DNA of 63,826 nucleotides, filler included, from Pseudobdellovibrionaceae bacterium (GTDB taxonomy: Bacteria > Bdellovibrionota > Bdellovibrionia > Bdellovibrionales > UBA1609), in NCBI GenBank assembly GCA_030591685.1. It is 5 parts of 5 records of this genome, joined end to end, with 100 filler letters (N's around TTAATTAATTAA, not from the genome) between each part and the next. Parts side by side here need not be neighbours in the genome. Positions count along the whole stretch, not along the records: positions 28,882 to 41,706 come from JAUVAX010000059.1; 4 more parts are not named here. The stretch is one strand, 5' to 3'. A program made the position numbers and the translations under genes. Below, piece by piece: positions 28,882 to 38,350 of this stretch. Each line of letters begins with the position of its first letter. The first letter of the stretch is position 1. The notes under the pieces are model-generated. The model had not been told where the DNA came from, made no database searches, and was given only the letters and a program-made list of their open reading frames with translations.

Positions 28882-30616
28882 CCTTACGCCAGTCTTTTCT
28901 AAGAGAGTCGCCTATGCAAATCAATATGCTTTTATATTGGGATTTACAATTTTACTTTATAGTTGCATATATTTTTACTTGGAAATGTACATTATTTCTT
29001 TATACTTAATCCCATTTTTCTTTGTTAATTTGGGATGTTTATATTTAAATTATTTGCGTAAATACAACGTTTCTCGATTTTTGATACTTATAAATTTTAA
29101 TGTTTCAATATATTTAGTCTCTACCCTTTTAGGGCAAGGGGCTGCAGTGCATTTTTGGTATATAGCTGCAGCACAGACTCCTTTTGTGTTATTTGACCTT
29201 AAAGAGCGTGGCTATATAGTTACTTTTGTAGCCGTACCTATATTACTACTTTTATTTCAATGGTCCACTGGGTTTCAGTTTCATAATGTGCCTGTTATTG
29301 AACTCTCAGAGTTTATAAGTAATATAATATCATTAACTATGATCTTGGGTTCACTTTTAACGGCCTTTTCTTTGAGTTATTTTGTGTCTCGTGATTATCA
29401 AAGCGCCGAGGCTTCGACAAATCTTTCTAAGCGCATGCTCTCTGATCAGACCAGTGCCCTTGAGGCCTCTGCCATTGTGGCCATAACAGATGTAAGAGGG
29501 CGCATACTCCATGTGAATGATCTTTTTTGTCAAATCACTGGTTACTCAGAAGAGGAACTTGTTGGTAACACACACGCTATTATAAACTCTAAAACCCACC
29601 CCAAAGAATTTTTTAATGAAATGTGGAAAACTATTGCGTCAAAAAAAGTATGGCGAGGCGAGGTGTGTAATAAAGCAAAAGATGGGAGCTTATATTGGGT
29701 TCATACTACAATCACCCCGATCATTGGGATAAATAATAAAATTGATCGCTATGTATCAATACGTTATGAAATCACTGAAATTAAAGAGTTACAACATCAG
29801 CTTATAAGGGCCAGAGAAGCCCGTGAGACAGAGCTTATCAGTGAACTAAAGCAGTCCCAAGACCAACTCATACAGGCGGCAAAGCTGGCCTCTTTAGGCG
29901 AAATGACCGCCGGCCTCGCTCATGAGCTCAATAACCCGTTGATGTGTATTAAGGGTTTTAATGGGCGTATAAGAGCCGCACTTATAAAAAACGGTCAAGT
30001 CTCTCATGAAGAGATCGGTGACTTTGTAAATGAGGTCAATAGCAGTGCTGACCGGATGTCTAATATTATCACTCACTTTAAAGATTTCTCCCGCCAATCC
30101 ACCCATGCAAAAACAGCTGTGTGTGTGAATGAGATTATTAAAAAATCATTTAAGTTTTTTAGCGAGCAACTGAGGTTTAAAGGCATTGAAGTGGAGCTTT
30201 TATTAAGCCCCACCCCGTTTAAGGTACTAGGGGATGCCAACCGGTTAGAGCAGGTTGTTATTAACTTAACCTCTAATGCAATTGATGCATTTAGTATTGT
30301 GGGAGGGGCCGAAATGAGGATCCTCGTGACCACAGAGCTCGTGGGGGACACTGTTATAGTAAAATTTAGTGACAACGGGATGGGGATCTCTAAAGAGCTT
30401 CAGAGCCGTATTTTTGATCCCTTTTTTACAACAAAAGACACAGGCAAAGGCACGGGGCTTGGGCTTTCTATTTCTCATGGTATTATTATGAATCATTTAG
30501 GGCAGTTGACTGTTGAGGACTCTTTTGGGCAGGGGACCACCTTTATTATTTCGTTACCGAGGCATAAATCTGATGATAGTAAAGGTGATGAGGGTAAAGA
30601 TGCTAAGGCCGCTTAA
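28882..30616 (+). CDS. Membrane-bound PAS sensor histidine kinase (NtrB-like), 5'-truncated by gap
   Basis: About 5-6 TM helices, PAS (IVAITDVRGRILHVNDLFCQITGY..WRGEVCNKAKDGSLYWV), H-box AGLAHELNNPL, DNGMG, FDPFFTTK, GTGLGL; frame open from 28883. Confidence 0.92.
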
Positions 30617-30665
30617 TAAGTAGAAGGCTTTTAAAAGCAAGTGGCTCATTAGCCCATTTTGTTAC

Positions 30666-31070
30666 CTATGCGGCATTTGTTTTTTTATCGCCCTTAAGTA
30701 AGACGTTCATCCAAATGATATATCTTTTATCTTCTATAGGTTTATCTAAAAAAACGACCTCATCAAGTAGGTCCATGTGAGTGCACTCGGCCTCATCACG
30801 GTATCCTGTAAGCAGTAATATCCTTGTTTTAGCATTAGGGCCATTAGAGGTACGTAGGAGTTTAACTAAGTCCATCCCCGTGAGCTTTGGCATCCGGTGA
30901 TCTAGAGAAATAGCGTCAAATTTTTTAACTTTAAGTCTCGCTAAGGCCTCGGTAGAGTCGTTAAAGGTCTCTATTTCACAGTCAAAATTATCCTCTAAAA
31001 CCAGGGACAGAAGTTTTGTAATTTGTGGCTCATCGTCGACGATTGCAATTTGGTATTTTGGTGTACTCAT
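30666..31070 (-). CDS. Single-domain response regulator (CheY-like)
   Basis: IVDDE, LDHRMP, LLTG, DKP. Confidence 0.9.
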   Translation of the reverse strand: MSTPKYQIAIVDDEPQITKLLSLVLEDNFDCEIETFNDSTEALARLKVKKFDAISLDHRMPKLTGMDLVKLLRTSNGPNAKTRILLLTGYRDEAECTHMDLLDEVVFLDKPIEDKRYIIWMNVLLKGDKKTNAA

Positions 31071-31106
31071 TTTTATAACTCCATATGCTCTTGCAGCTTA
31101 TATAAA

Positions 31107-31133
31107 TTATCGGCTGTGGGGGTAAAACCTTTA
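31107..31133 (-). promoter_or_regulatory. Sigma28 (FliA) promoter, perfect consensus
   Basis: Minus strand TAAA-N15-GCCGATAA, 37 bp upstream of the response regulator start. Confidence 0.8.
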
Positions 31134-31293
31134 GCAGTGGTCTCGTACACCAGAGGTCTCAAACAGAGTCAGTCCATTGCCCTTTAAACTCATAATCTCA
31201 ATTTTAACCAAGCCCTTAGCAGGGGCTACTTAGGTGTGCTTTGTGATCGGCTCTGGCGGCGGCTACATAAGCGTGATAACCTATTAAATAGGT

Positions 31294-32412
31294 ATGTATT
31301 TTATAATAATTTTTTTTAATTTAATTTCACTCTCCGTACTTGATGCAAGTGCAAATACGGGCAATAGCCCTCAGGGGTTATACGGTACTGTCCTTACTGG
31401 AGGGCAAAAGCTCTACAGTGCACCACAGTTTAATCAGTCAAATTTTCTTTGTAATCTTAATATTGGTGACACGTTAGGTCTCACAGGGCAGCTCGGCGGT
31501 AAAAACCGTAATACATTTTCAGCTCTGATTAAGAGTAACAGTTGTAACGCCAGCCGTGGCTATATATACGGCCCCCCTTTTACTAAGGTGAGGCATGTAG
31601 GTGGTAACAAAAACACATCGCCGGTACTTGTTCGTGGGGGCTCTGATTACAGTAATATATACGGCTCTGTAGACAAAAAAAATATAAATTGCAAGGTGGC
31701 CAGAGACACCCTTGTTTATGCTGTTGGCCCCGCGTTTTCAAACCCAAGGCTAACGAAAGTTCAATTGCCACAGTATACAAAATGTAAATCGAGCTCAGGT
31801 TATATAAGCTCTGACGACATTGTAGAGAGCTCCTTCGATAACTGGGTCACTTTTGATAAAAATACCCCCTCTTATGAGGGCTCTGACCCTGATGAAAAAA
31901 CAGAGTCTCAAGGGCCATGTCTAACATGCTACTCGACCAAAACGAGCCCTAAATCAAAAAAGAACTTTATTGATTTAAAGCAAACAGTAAAGGGTTTAGG
32001 CGCTGATAAACGCATAGATTATATGATTAATTATGCAGAAAAAAATAAAGAGCCTAAGTCAACAGGCTGGTGTTATAGGTATGTGAAAAAAGCCCTTCAA
32101 GCCTCAGGGCTGGCCTCAAAGTACCTTGAGGGTGCATCGGCTAAAAATGCCGGGGGCCCTCTAAAGGCTGAGGGTTTTAAAAACCTTATGGATGTCCCTA
32201 AGGGTGTAAATAAAATTAAAAGCCCCTATAATGCCCCTATGGGTGCTATTTTAGTGTACTCAGGCGGAGAGCATGGGCACATTGAGATTAAAACTAAAAA
32301 TGGTTTTATTAGCGATTATGAAAGCAAAATGGCTCGCACAGGGTCTAGTCAGTCAGCGATTTCTGGGCGAAACAGAACTCTTATTGGGGTTTATGTAAAG
32401 GGGGCTTCATGA
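31294..32412 (+). CDS. Secreted putative peptidoglycan amidase: SH3-like repeats plus CHAP/NlpC-P60-like catalytic domain
   Basis: Signal peptide; two repeats ending C..S.GYI; catalytic Cys (GWCYRYVKKAL) and His (GAILVY..GHIEIK..FISDY). Confidence 0.7.
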   Translation: MYFIIIFFNLISLSVLDASANTGNSPQGLYGTVLTGGQKLYSAPQFNQSNFLCNLNIGDTLGLTGQLGGKNRNTFSALIKSNSCNASRGYIYGPPFTKVRHVGGNKNTSPVLVRGGSDYSNIYGSVDKKNINCKVARDTLVYAVGPAFSNPRLTKVQLPQYTKCKSSSGYISSDDIVESSFDNWVTFDKNTPSYEGSDPDEKTESQGPCLTCYSTKTSPKSKKNFIDLKQTVKGLGADKRIDYMINYAEKNKEPKSTGWCYRYVKKALQASGLASKYLEGASAKNAGGPLKAEGFKNLMDVPKGVNKIKSPYNAPMGAILVYSGGEHGHIEIKTKNGFISDYESKMARTGSSQSAISGRNRTLIGVYVKGAS

Positions 32413-32792
32413 AATTTTTAGTTCTACTTATTTTTTTAACAAGCTGCTCTTTATGGGCTCAGGCGGCACTCACCCCGTCAGGGTATTTAAAGTCAGTCAT
32501 TCACAAAAAACGCCAAAGTATTGAGTTTATTGACAAAGGCTCTCAAGTTTTAGCTCAATTTTTAAAAAAGAAACCCATGACTAAATCCGACTTAAGTGAG
32601 GCCCTTGCACTCGCTCTTTTTTTATTAAAAAACGACCCCTCAAATTACACAGCAGAGCTAATGCACCCCCTCTACCAAACCAGAAAAAACGAAATACTAG
32701 AGCTCATTTTAAAATGGCCCGCAAAAGACCTAAAACTATTTTTAGATGCCATGCAATTTTACACAGATTCATTGGGTCGAGGTAATGGGTAG
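32409..32792 (+). CDS. Small secreted helical protein, candidate immunity protein
   Basis: Signal peptide; ATGA overlap with the amidase gene. Confidence 0.55.
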   Translation: MKFLVLLIFLTSCSLWAQAALTPSGYLKSVIHKKRQSIEFIDKGSQVLAQFLKKKPMTKSDLSEALALALFLLKNDPSNYTAELMHPLYQTRKNEILELILKWPAKDLKLFLDAMQFYTDSLGRGNG

Positions 32793-32808
32793 GTTTTTTC
32801 GCATATAG

Positions 32809-34014
32809 TTATGCAGATTTTTTATTAACTGAAAATTGATTTAGGTATTCAGATTTTAATTTTTCGATATCTTTATCTGTGGCTTTATTGGATTTTAATA
32901 GAAAAATTTGATTAGAACTCTGCTGTCCTTTTAATTGATAATGTCCGAGCTCAGTGTATAAGCCTTTACTAGAGATTCCTTGAATTGACTCTAGTACATT
33001 CCTTGTAAAAATAATGTTACTACCAGGTAGAAAATGAGTAATAGCCTCCAGTCTATGTGCTAAATCAATATCAATAGAACTTGTATCGAATTTCCTTCTA
33101 GTTTGAACTCCATTTTCTGTATTTAATACTGCTTCACGTAAAAACACATTACAGTCGTTAGCTTCATGAACAGCAATTCCACATTCTACTTCAGTGTCGT
33201 AATGATCAGTAATGCCTTTAATTGATGACCTAAGTTCTTGTGCGGCAGCAAAGGCTGCCTTAGTTGGGTGATCACTACCCTCAGTTAATCCAAAATTGGC
33301 ATAAATTTTATCTCCCTCTTGTGACTCTACCTCTCCCCCATGCTTTAGAATTACCTCCCATGCTGTCTGCAGTACTTTTACTCGAACAGGGGTTCTCCCC
33401 ACGTATTGACCATGAAGATTACTGCTATTAATAATATCCATAACTAAACCGGCTAAATTTCTTTTTATAGGAAACACTACATTATTTTCTGCCGCCCATA
33501 ATACAAACGGATGAACCCAGCTCTGCAATTCAGCCTCCAACCTCATATGACTGGATAATAATAGATTTAATTCATTACAACTTGATTGAAGTTTTTCATT
33601 TTTTACTTTGAGTGTTTCGGATAAACAAACACGTTGAAATTCACTTTCATAAAACTTAAAAGCTCTCTCAATTGAGGCAAGTAGTTTCTCAGTGTCCCAA
33701 GGTTTAATAATGTAATCAAATACTTGCGCCTTTCTAATGGATTCAACTATAGAGTTTTCATCACTGTAACCAGTTGTTATAATTCTAATGGCATTTGGAA
33801 CTATTGATTTTGTCAACTCTAAAAATTTAAAACCCTGCATGTGAGGCATTCGCTGATCGCTAATTATAATTGAAGGGTCGATATCCTTGATGTTTTCTAA
33901 GGCCTCAATGGGGCTGCTAAAGCAATGAAGTTTAAAATCATCAGGAAGTAGGCTTTCGAGACCAATATGTTGATGGACTTCGTCATCTACATAAACAATT
34001 CGAAAATTATTCAT
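32809..34014 (-). CDS. Response regulator receiver fused to class III nucleotide cyclase-like domain
   Basis: REC: YVDDE, ISDQRMP, TTG, IKPW; cyclase: VMDIINSS, QEGDKIYANFG, CGIAVH, DIDLAHRLE. Confidence 0.85.
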   Translation of the reverse strand: MNNFRIVYVDDEVHQHIGLESLLPDDFKLHCFSSPIEALENIKDIDPSIIISDQRMPHMQGFKFLELTKSIVPNAIRIITTGYSDENSIVESIRKAQVFDYIIKPWDTEKLLASIERAFKFYESEFQRVCLSETLKVKNEKLQSSCNELNLLLSSHMRLEAELQSWVHPFVLWAAENNVVFPIKRNLAGLVMDIINSSNLHGQYVGRTPVRVKVLQTAWEVILKHGGEVESQEGDKIYANFGLTEGSDHPTKAAFAAAQELRSSIKGITDHYDTEVECGIAVHEANDCNVFLREAVLNTENGVQTRRKFDTSSIDIDLAHRLEAITHFLPGSNIIFTRNVLESIQGISSKGLYTELGHYQLKGQQSSNQIFLLKSNKATDKDIEKLKSEYLNQFSVNKKSA

Positions 34015-35864
34015 GCTGACTCCTTTTGTTTTATATTTTGAGGTGGCATAGTTATGTCAAAAGTTGTTCCCTTTCCAAGTATGCTAGTAACCTTAACCTT
34101 GCCACGGTGCCGTTTTTCAATTTCACTCTTGACTATATATAAACCTAAACCAGTTCCGTGTCCAACATCCTTGGTTGTAAAAAATGGGTCAAAAATTTTA
34201 GCGAGAGTGCTTTTATCGATACCTGGGCCATTGTCAGCTATCGAAGTATGAAAATTCCCACTAGAATCCTTACTAGCTGTAATTATTATTTCCCCACCCT
34301 CCTTGTTAATAGAGTCAGCAGCGTTTGTAATTAAGTTCATAATCACTTGGTTGATTCCCACTACAGAGCAATAGACTGTTATTTCTGGGTCAAACCTCCT
34401 TTGTACATTTATACCAACCAAGCTGCTTCTAGCAATTGTTGTAACTGAATTAATAATTTCATTAAACTCGATATTTTTCATGTTTGCTTGGTTGAGTCCT
34501 GTATAGCTTCGTAAGCTTTTTACTATATCCGTTGTTACTTTAGATCCATGAGAAATAGTTTCTAATAATTTGTTGATTTTTGTAAGATTTTGACTATCTT
34601 TTGGGACAGCAAGTGAGATTTGTCGACTCAAACCTATGATGCATGCATTAACATAATTTGTACTATTATTAATTTCATGTGCAATGCCAGCACTAAAAGT
34701 ACCTAAAGATGCAAGCTTTGCGCTTTGAATTAATTCAGCCTGAACCTTCTCTTTATCCTTTAGAGCCTGGGATAACTCATTAGTTCGATCTATAACTTTA
34801 AGCTCCATGGTTTGAAGTAGGTCGTCCCGTTCCCTGTATGTATCACGAATTTTTTGGTTAATTGATAGTGAAAAAATTAAGTACCCAAAAAGCAATCCAA
34901 CAGGGAAAAGACTGGCCATACTGGTAGATCCAGAAAATATTAACATTTCCTTTATAGTTAGTATTGAGAAGATAAGTGCGAATAGCAGTTCAAGAGTTTT
35001 AGAGTATTTTTTAAGGGTAAATATATCTTTAAAGCAACGAAACATTATTGCGGCTAAACACAGTAGTACAGGTAGAAAGGGTAATGATGTGCCAATTTGT
35101 ACTTCATCACCCGATTCACCCACCAGTATGATGATTCCCCCTATTAGAGCCGTAAAAAAAAGTAATTTAATTAAGAACGAACTAATCATTTTTTTTGTAT
35201 AAAAGGAAAACATTAAGGAGAAGAAGCCAAGAAATAGAAAAATATCTGCTGTTTTGTGAATATTTATTAGACTCCATGTAATTCCAAAGACTCCACTCTG
35301 ATTCCATAAAAAATAGAGCGACAAGAAAAGTGCTGATAAAGAAACTGAAGAAGTAGTTAGTATGTTGCTCTCGTTGATGAAAGCTATTAATAGTATCAGA
35401 GCCAAGAAGGCAAGAGAAATGGTAGCAGAAAGATACATCCCGTTTATTGATAAGTTGGCCTCTGACCCTCTGGAAACATACGGTATGCTTGAGAAATTAG
35501 AAAAATATTTAGAGTAACCATCAACAGTCCAAACTATCTTGTCATTTTCGTCCAAAATAAGTAAATCATTGCAGTGTACCTTTATCTGACTAAATACAAA
35601 TTTGGGTTGCAGGGGTTGATTAATGCTTCTTCGAAATTTATTTGAAGTAACAGTTTGAACTCCATATAAAATCCTTGGGAAAATTAAAGTATTATTTTTA
35701 GAGCAATTTAAATCATTAATTTTAGCTTCTAAAGTCAAGTTCAAGTCATTATTTTTAATATCCCAATTTTTTGTAACTTCCCATGGGCCAAGGTCGCTTG
35801 GGTACTGTTGAATCCCCAGCATGGTTTGTGATAATAAAAAAAGAGAAATTACGAACTCCATCAT
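34011..35864 (-). CDS. Multi-TM sensor histidine kinase (periplasmic domain plus about 7 TM)
   Basis: Signal peptide, about 7 hydrophobic segments, AGIAHEINN H-box, NLITNA, DNGPG, FDPFFTTK, GTGLGL. Confidence 0.92.
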   Translation of the reverse strand: MMEFVISLFLLSQTMLGIQQYPSDLGPWEVTKNWDIKNNDLNLTLEAKINDLNCSKNNTLIFPRILYGVQTVTSNKFRRSINQPLQPKFVFSQIKVHCNDLLILDENDKIVWTVDGYSKYFSNFSSIPYVSRGSEANLSINGMYLSATISLAFLALILLIAFINESNILTTSSVSLSALFLSLYFLWNQSGVFGITWSLINIHKTADIFLFLGFFSLMFSFYTKKMISSFLIKLLFFTALIGGIIILVGESGDEVQIGTSLPFLPVLLCLAAIMFRCFKDIFTLKKYSKTLELLFALIFSILTIKEMLIFSGSTSMASLFPVGLLFGYLIFSLSINQKIRDTYRERDDLLQTMELKVIDRTNELSQALKDKEKVQAELIQSAKLASLGTFSAGIAHEINNSTNYVNACIIGLSRQISLAVPKDSQNLTKINKLLETISHGSKVTTDIVKSLRSYTGLNQANMKNIEFNEIINSVTTIARSSLVGINVQRRFDPEITVYCSVVGINQVIMNLITNAADSINKEGGEIIITASKDSSGNFHTSIADNGPGIDKSTLAKIFDPFFTTKDVGHGTGLGLYIVKSEIEKRHRGKVKVTSILGKGTTFDITMPPQNIKQKESA

Positions 35865-37537
35865 TACACAGTTACTTCCTCAGCGTTTTGGTTGAAATAT
35901 TTATGACCGACCTTTTCAAAGGCATTCTTCAGTACGAGTATGGTATAATCAATATCAGATTCATTAAACTTAGAGGTTAGAGAGAATCTAAACCTACAAC
36001 GATTTTTTTCAACAACAGGGTACATGACAGGTAACGCATAGACTCCATTATTGAGTAGTTCTTGGAATATTTCTCCCATTTTTTTTTCGTCAAATATATC
36101 GACTGGAACTACAGGTGTTCGGTGAGATGGGTCTATTGGTACTCCAATAGAGATTAATCCAGAAACAAATCTCTCAATATTTGAGAATAATTTTTCTTGA
36201 AGCTCGCCTGATGATAATATTTCTATGGACTTTAATGTCGCAGCCGCTACTCCTGGGGGGAATGATGTAGCAAACATAAGTGATCTAGCATATGCTTTGT
36301 ACCAATGCATTAATGGTGAGGATCCGGTTACATAGGCCCCAAACGTACCAATGCCCTTTGAAAAGAGACCCATTGTAATATCAACCTTATCTTGTACCCC
36401 ATGATACTCACTAGATCCAATGTAAGTTGAGCCAAGTATCCCAAAACAGTGCCCCTGGTCAACCATAAGTCTAGCATTATATTTATCGCAAATTTTGACG
36501 ATTTTATCAAGGCTCCCTATGGTTCCATCCATCGAAAATATTCCTTCGGTAATAATGAGACATCCCGAATATTTTTCTCGATCTCTCTCTAATACTTTCA
36601 CTAAATGATTCATGTTGTTGTGTTTATAAAATCGCCGGGCGGCTCCAGACATTACCATACCGTCTTGAATTGAAGCATGACTTAACTGGTCTGCAATTAT
36701 TAAGTCCTCTCCGCGTGCTAATCCAGCAATGATTCCAATATTAGCGGCATAACCTGATGGAAAAACTAAGGCCTCACTATTTCCATGCATTTCAGCAATT
36801 TTTTCACATAGTTTTTGGTGTAAAATAGTTGTTCCTGAAGTCGGAGCGGTTCCAGTAGACCCCACTCCGAAAAGAGTAGTGGCATCATTTTGGGCTTTAA
36901 TTACCTCAGGGTGAGAGGAGAGTCCTAGGTAGTCGTTTGATCCAAACATCAGAAGCTCATCTCGCGATTTATTTGCCCCACTTTTTTTAACTTTTACCCT
37001 GGCTCCTGCTTGTGAGGTTCGGGCAAAAAAATATGCATACTTATCACTGTCTTTATATTTTTTGTAGAACATTTCAAATTTTTCACATCGGTCTAAAATA
37101 TCAATGTTATTATAGCTAGTAGTTAAAAAATCCCCAAGGGTAAAACCCTCATCACTCAGCTCAGATTCAAATTCATTTGTGTTATCGTTAAAGTTGAGTT
37201 CTAGGGCTTTAGATAGTGCCCCTCCGACAGGAATACGAATATCGATTGTCGATAAAGCTAAGGTTACTTGGTCTTTGTTATGAAAAATCCTTCTTAAAAC
37301 TAATCGACCAAGAGGTATCTCCAAATCTTTGTATAGAAGTTTAGAACTAGAGTAAATCTTGCCAACATCGTCCATTATCTCTACATCATCTTTTAAAACA
37401 CCTAGTAAGCCGGTAATTGAGCAATCTGAAACAGATAGAGTAATCTGCTCACAGTCCTCAACTCCAATTACGAGGATTAATGACTCTTCACTCCGTATTT
37501 TAAAGCGCTTATTTCTTATAAGGTTTGAGATGTTCAT
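35864..37537 (-). CDS. PilZ-like domain fused to alpha-oxoamine synthase family PLP enzyme (BioF/SPT/CqsA fold)
   Basis: FGSNDYLGLSSHP, SGYAAN, DQLSHASIQDG, YKHNN, EGIFSMDG, DQGH, FSK (PLP Lys), RFRFS; N-terminal ~170 aa with RNKR and DCSITG (DxSxxG). Confidence 0.85.
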   Translation of the reverse strand: MNISNLIRNKRFKIRSEESLILVIGVEDCEQITLSVSDCSITGLLGVLKDDVEIMDDVGKIYSSSKLLYKDLEIPLGRLVLRRIFHNKDQVTLALSTIDIRIPVGGALSKALELNFNDNTNEFESELSDEGFTLGDFLTTSYNNIDILDRCEKFEMFYKKYKDSDKYAYFFARTSQAGARVKVKKSGANKSRDELLMFGSNDYLGLSSHPEVIKAQNDATTLFGVGSTGTAPTSGTTILHQKLCEKIAEMHGNSEALVFPSGYAANIGIIAGLARGEDLIIADQLSHASIQDGMVMSGAARRFYKHNNMNHLVKVLERDREKYSGCLIITEGIFSMDGTIGSLDKIVKICDKYNARLMVDQGHCFGILGSTYIGSSEYHGVQDKVDITMGLFSKGIGTFGAYVTGSSPLMHWYKAYARSLMFATSFPPGVAAATLKSIEILSSGELQEKLFSNIERFVSGLISIGVPIDPSHRTPVVPVDIFDEKKMGEIFQELLNNGVYALPVMYPVVEKNRCRFRFSLTSKFNESDIDYTILVLKNAFEKVGHKYFNQNAEEVTV

Positions 37538-37559
37538 TATGACTCCTTTATTGTGTAAG

Positions 37560-37586
37560 TAATCGGCATTTAATGACAGCTCTTAC
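37560..37586 (-). promoter_or_regulatory. Sigma28-like promoter of the synthase-kinase-regulator operon
   Basis: Minus strand GTAAG-N14-GCCGATTA just upstream of the AAGGAG RBS and ATG 37537. Confidence 0.55.
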
Positions 37587-37748
37587 ATTCAAATTGTATA
37601 ATAATATCTGTTATTAGGCCAATATGAATTTATTTAGAGATAGTAACGTTTTAAAGAGTCTGATGCATTACTTAAACCTCGACGAACGTCGACAGGCTTT
37701 GTGATGCACAGGTAAGCTTCAGTATGAGTATTTTTTATTCTTGGGCAG

Positions 37749-38138
37749 CTATTCAAGCACCACATTGGTTTTATGGCATCTGTAAAGGGATGTTTTTGTG
37801 TCTACGTCGCCGGAGGTGGTGAGTAACACATAGTCACTGTCCGTATCGGCGGCGAGTATAGCTGAGTAGGTTACAGAGCCATCGTCGATAAAAAAAGTAG
37901 CGCCGTAAAACTCCTTAATAGGGGGAGCGAAGGTTTTTTCGAGCTTAGTCTGGGGCCCTAGGCTTGATGGGGGTAAAGTTATGCGTACCTGATTTAACTT
38001 GAGCCCTTTAAGTGTGTAGGTGAGGTGAAGCTGATGAACCCCTGAACCATTTACCTTTTGGCAACTTGTATGGACCTTTAAATGACCAAAAGCAGACAGA
38101 GATATAAGTGTGGTTAAAATTATTAAATAAAAATTCAT
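37749..38138 (-). CDS. Small secreted hypothetical protein
   Basis: AAGGAG RBS, signal peptide (ISLSAFG), two Cys near the ends. Confidence 0.6.
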   Translation of the reverse strand: MNFYLIILTTLISLSAFGHLKVHTSCQKVNGSGVHQLHLTYTLKGLKLNQVRITLPPSSLGPQTKLEKTFAPPIKEFYGATFFIDDGSVTYSAILAADTDSDYVLLTTSGDVDTKTSLYRCHKTNVVLE

Positions 38139-38224
38139 TTAAAAAGCTCCTTTTTTTAAGCCTTGAAATATGAATATACTAAATTTTTTTGATTTGTATA
38201 TATGAAAAATATTCATAAAAATAA

Positions 38225-38270
38225 GGTGAGTTTTGGGGTAAAGGGCAAAAAAAATGCTCTAGAGAGGGGG
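38225..38270. repeat. 46-bp direct repeat, left of TA module
   Basis: GGTGAGTTTTGGGGTAAAGGGCAAAAAAAATGCTCTAGAGAGGGGG; repeated at 38958-39005 with a 2-nt insertion. Confidence 0.9.
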
Positions 38271-38326
38271 TTTTTATGCACACTTTATTATTTTGCTGGT
38301 GAGCCAATAAATACCTTTACCTAATG

Positions 38327-38340
38327 TGCCATATATGGCA
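38327..38340. promoter_or_regulatory. Palindromic operator of TA operon
   Basis: Perfect palindrome TGCCATATATGGCA 10 bp upstream of the toxin start. Confidence 0.65.
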
Positions 38341-38350
38341 TTATTAAAAG

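Noticed and set aside
32809..34014. Pycsar antiphage system
   Set aside because: The cyclase is fused to a receiver in a two-component operon; no adjacent cNMP-TIR or cNMP-TM effector (the cNMP-domain gene at 39945 is 6 kb away and has no effector domain)
35864..37537. Calling this gene bioF, spt or cqsA
   Set aside because: The family is clear but the function is not; the N-terminal fusion and signalling context argue against a housekeeping name, and the motifs differ from CqsA
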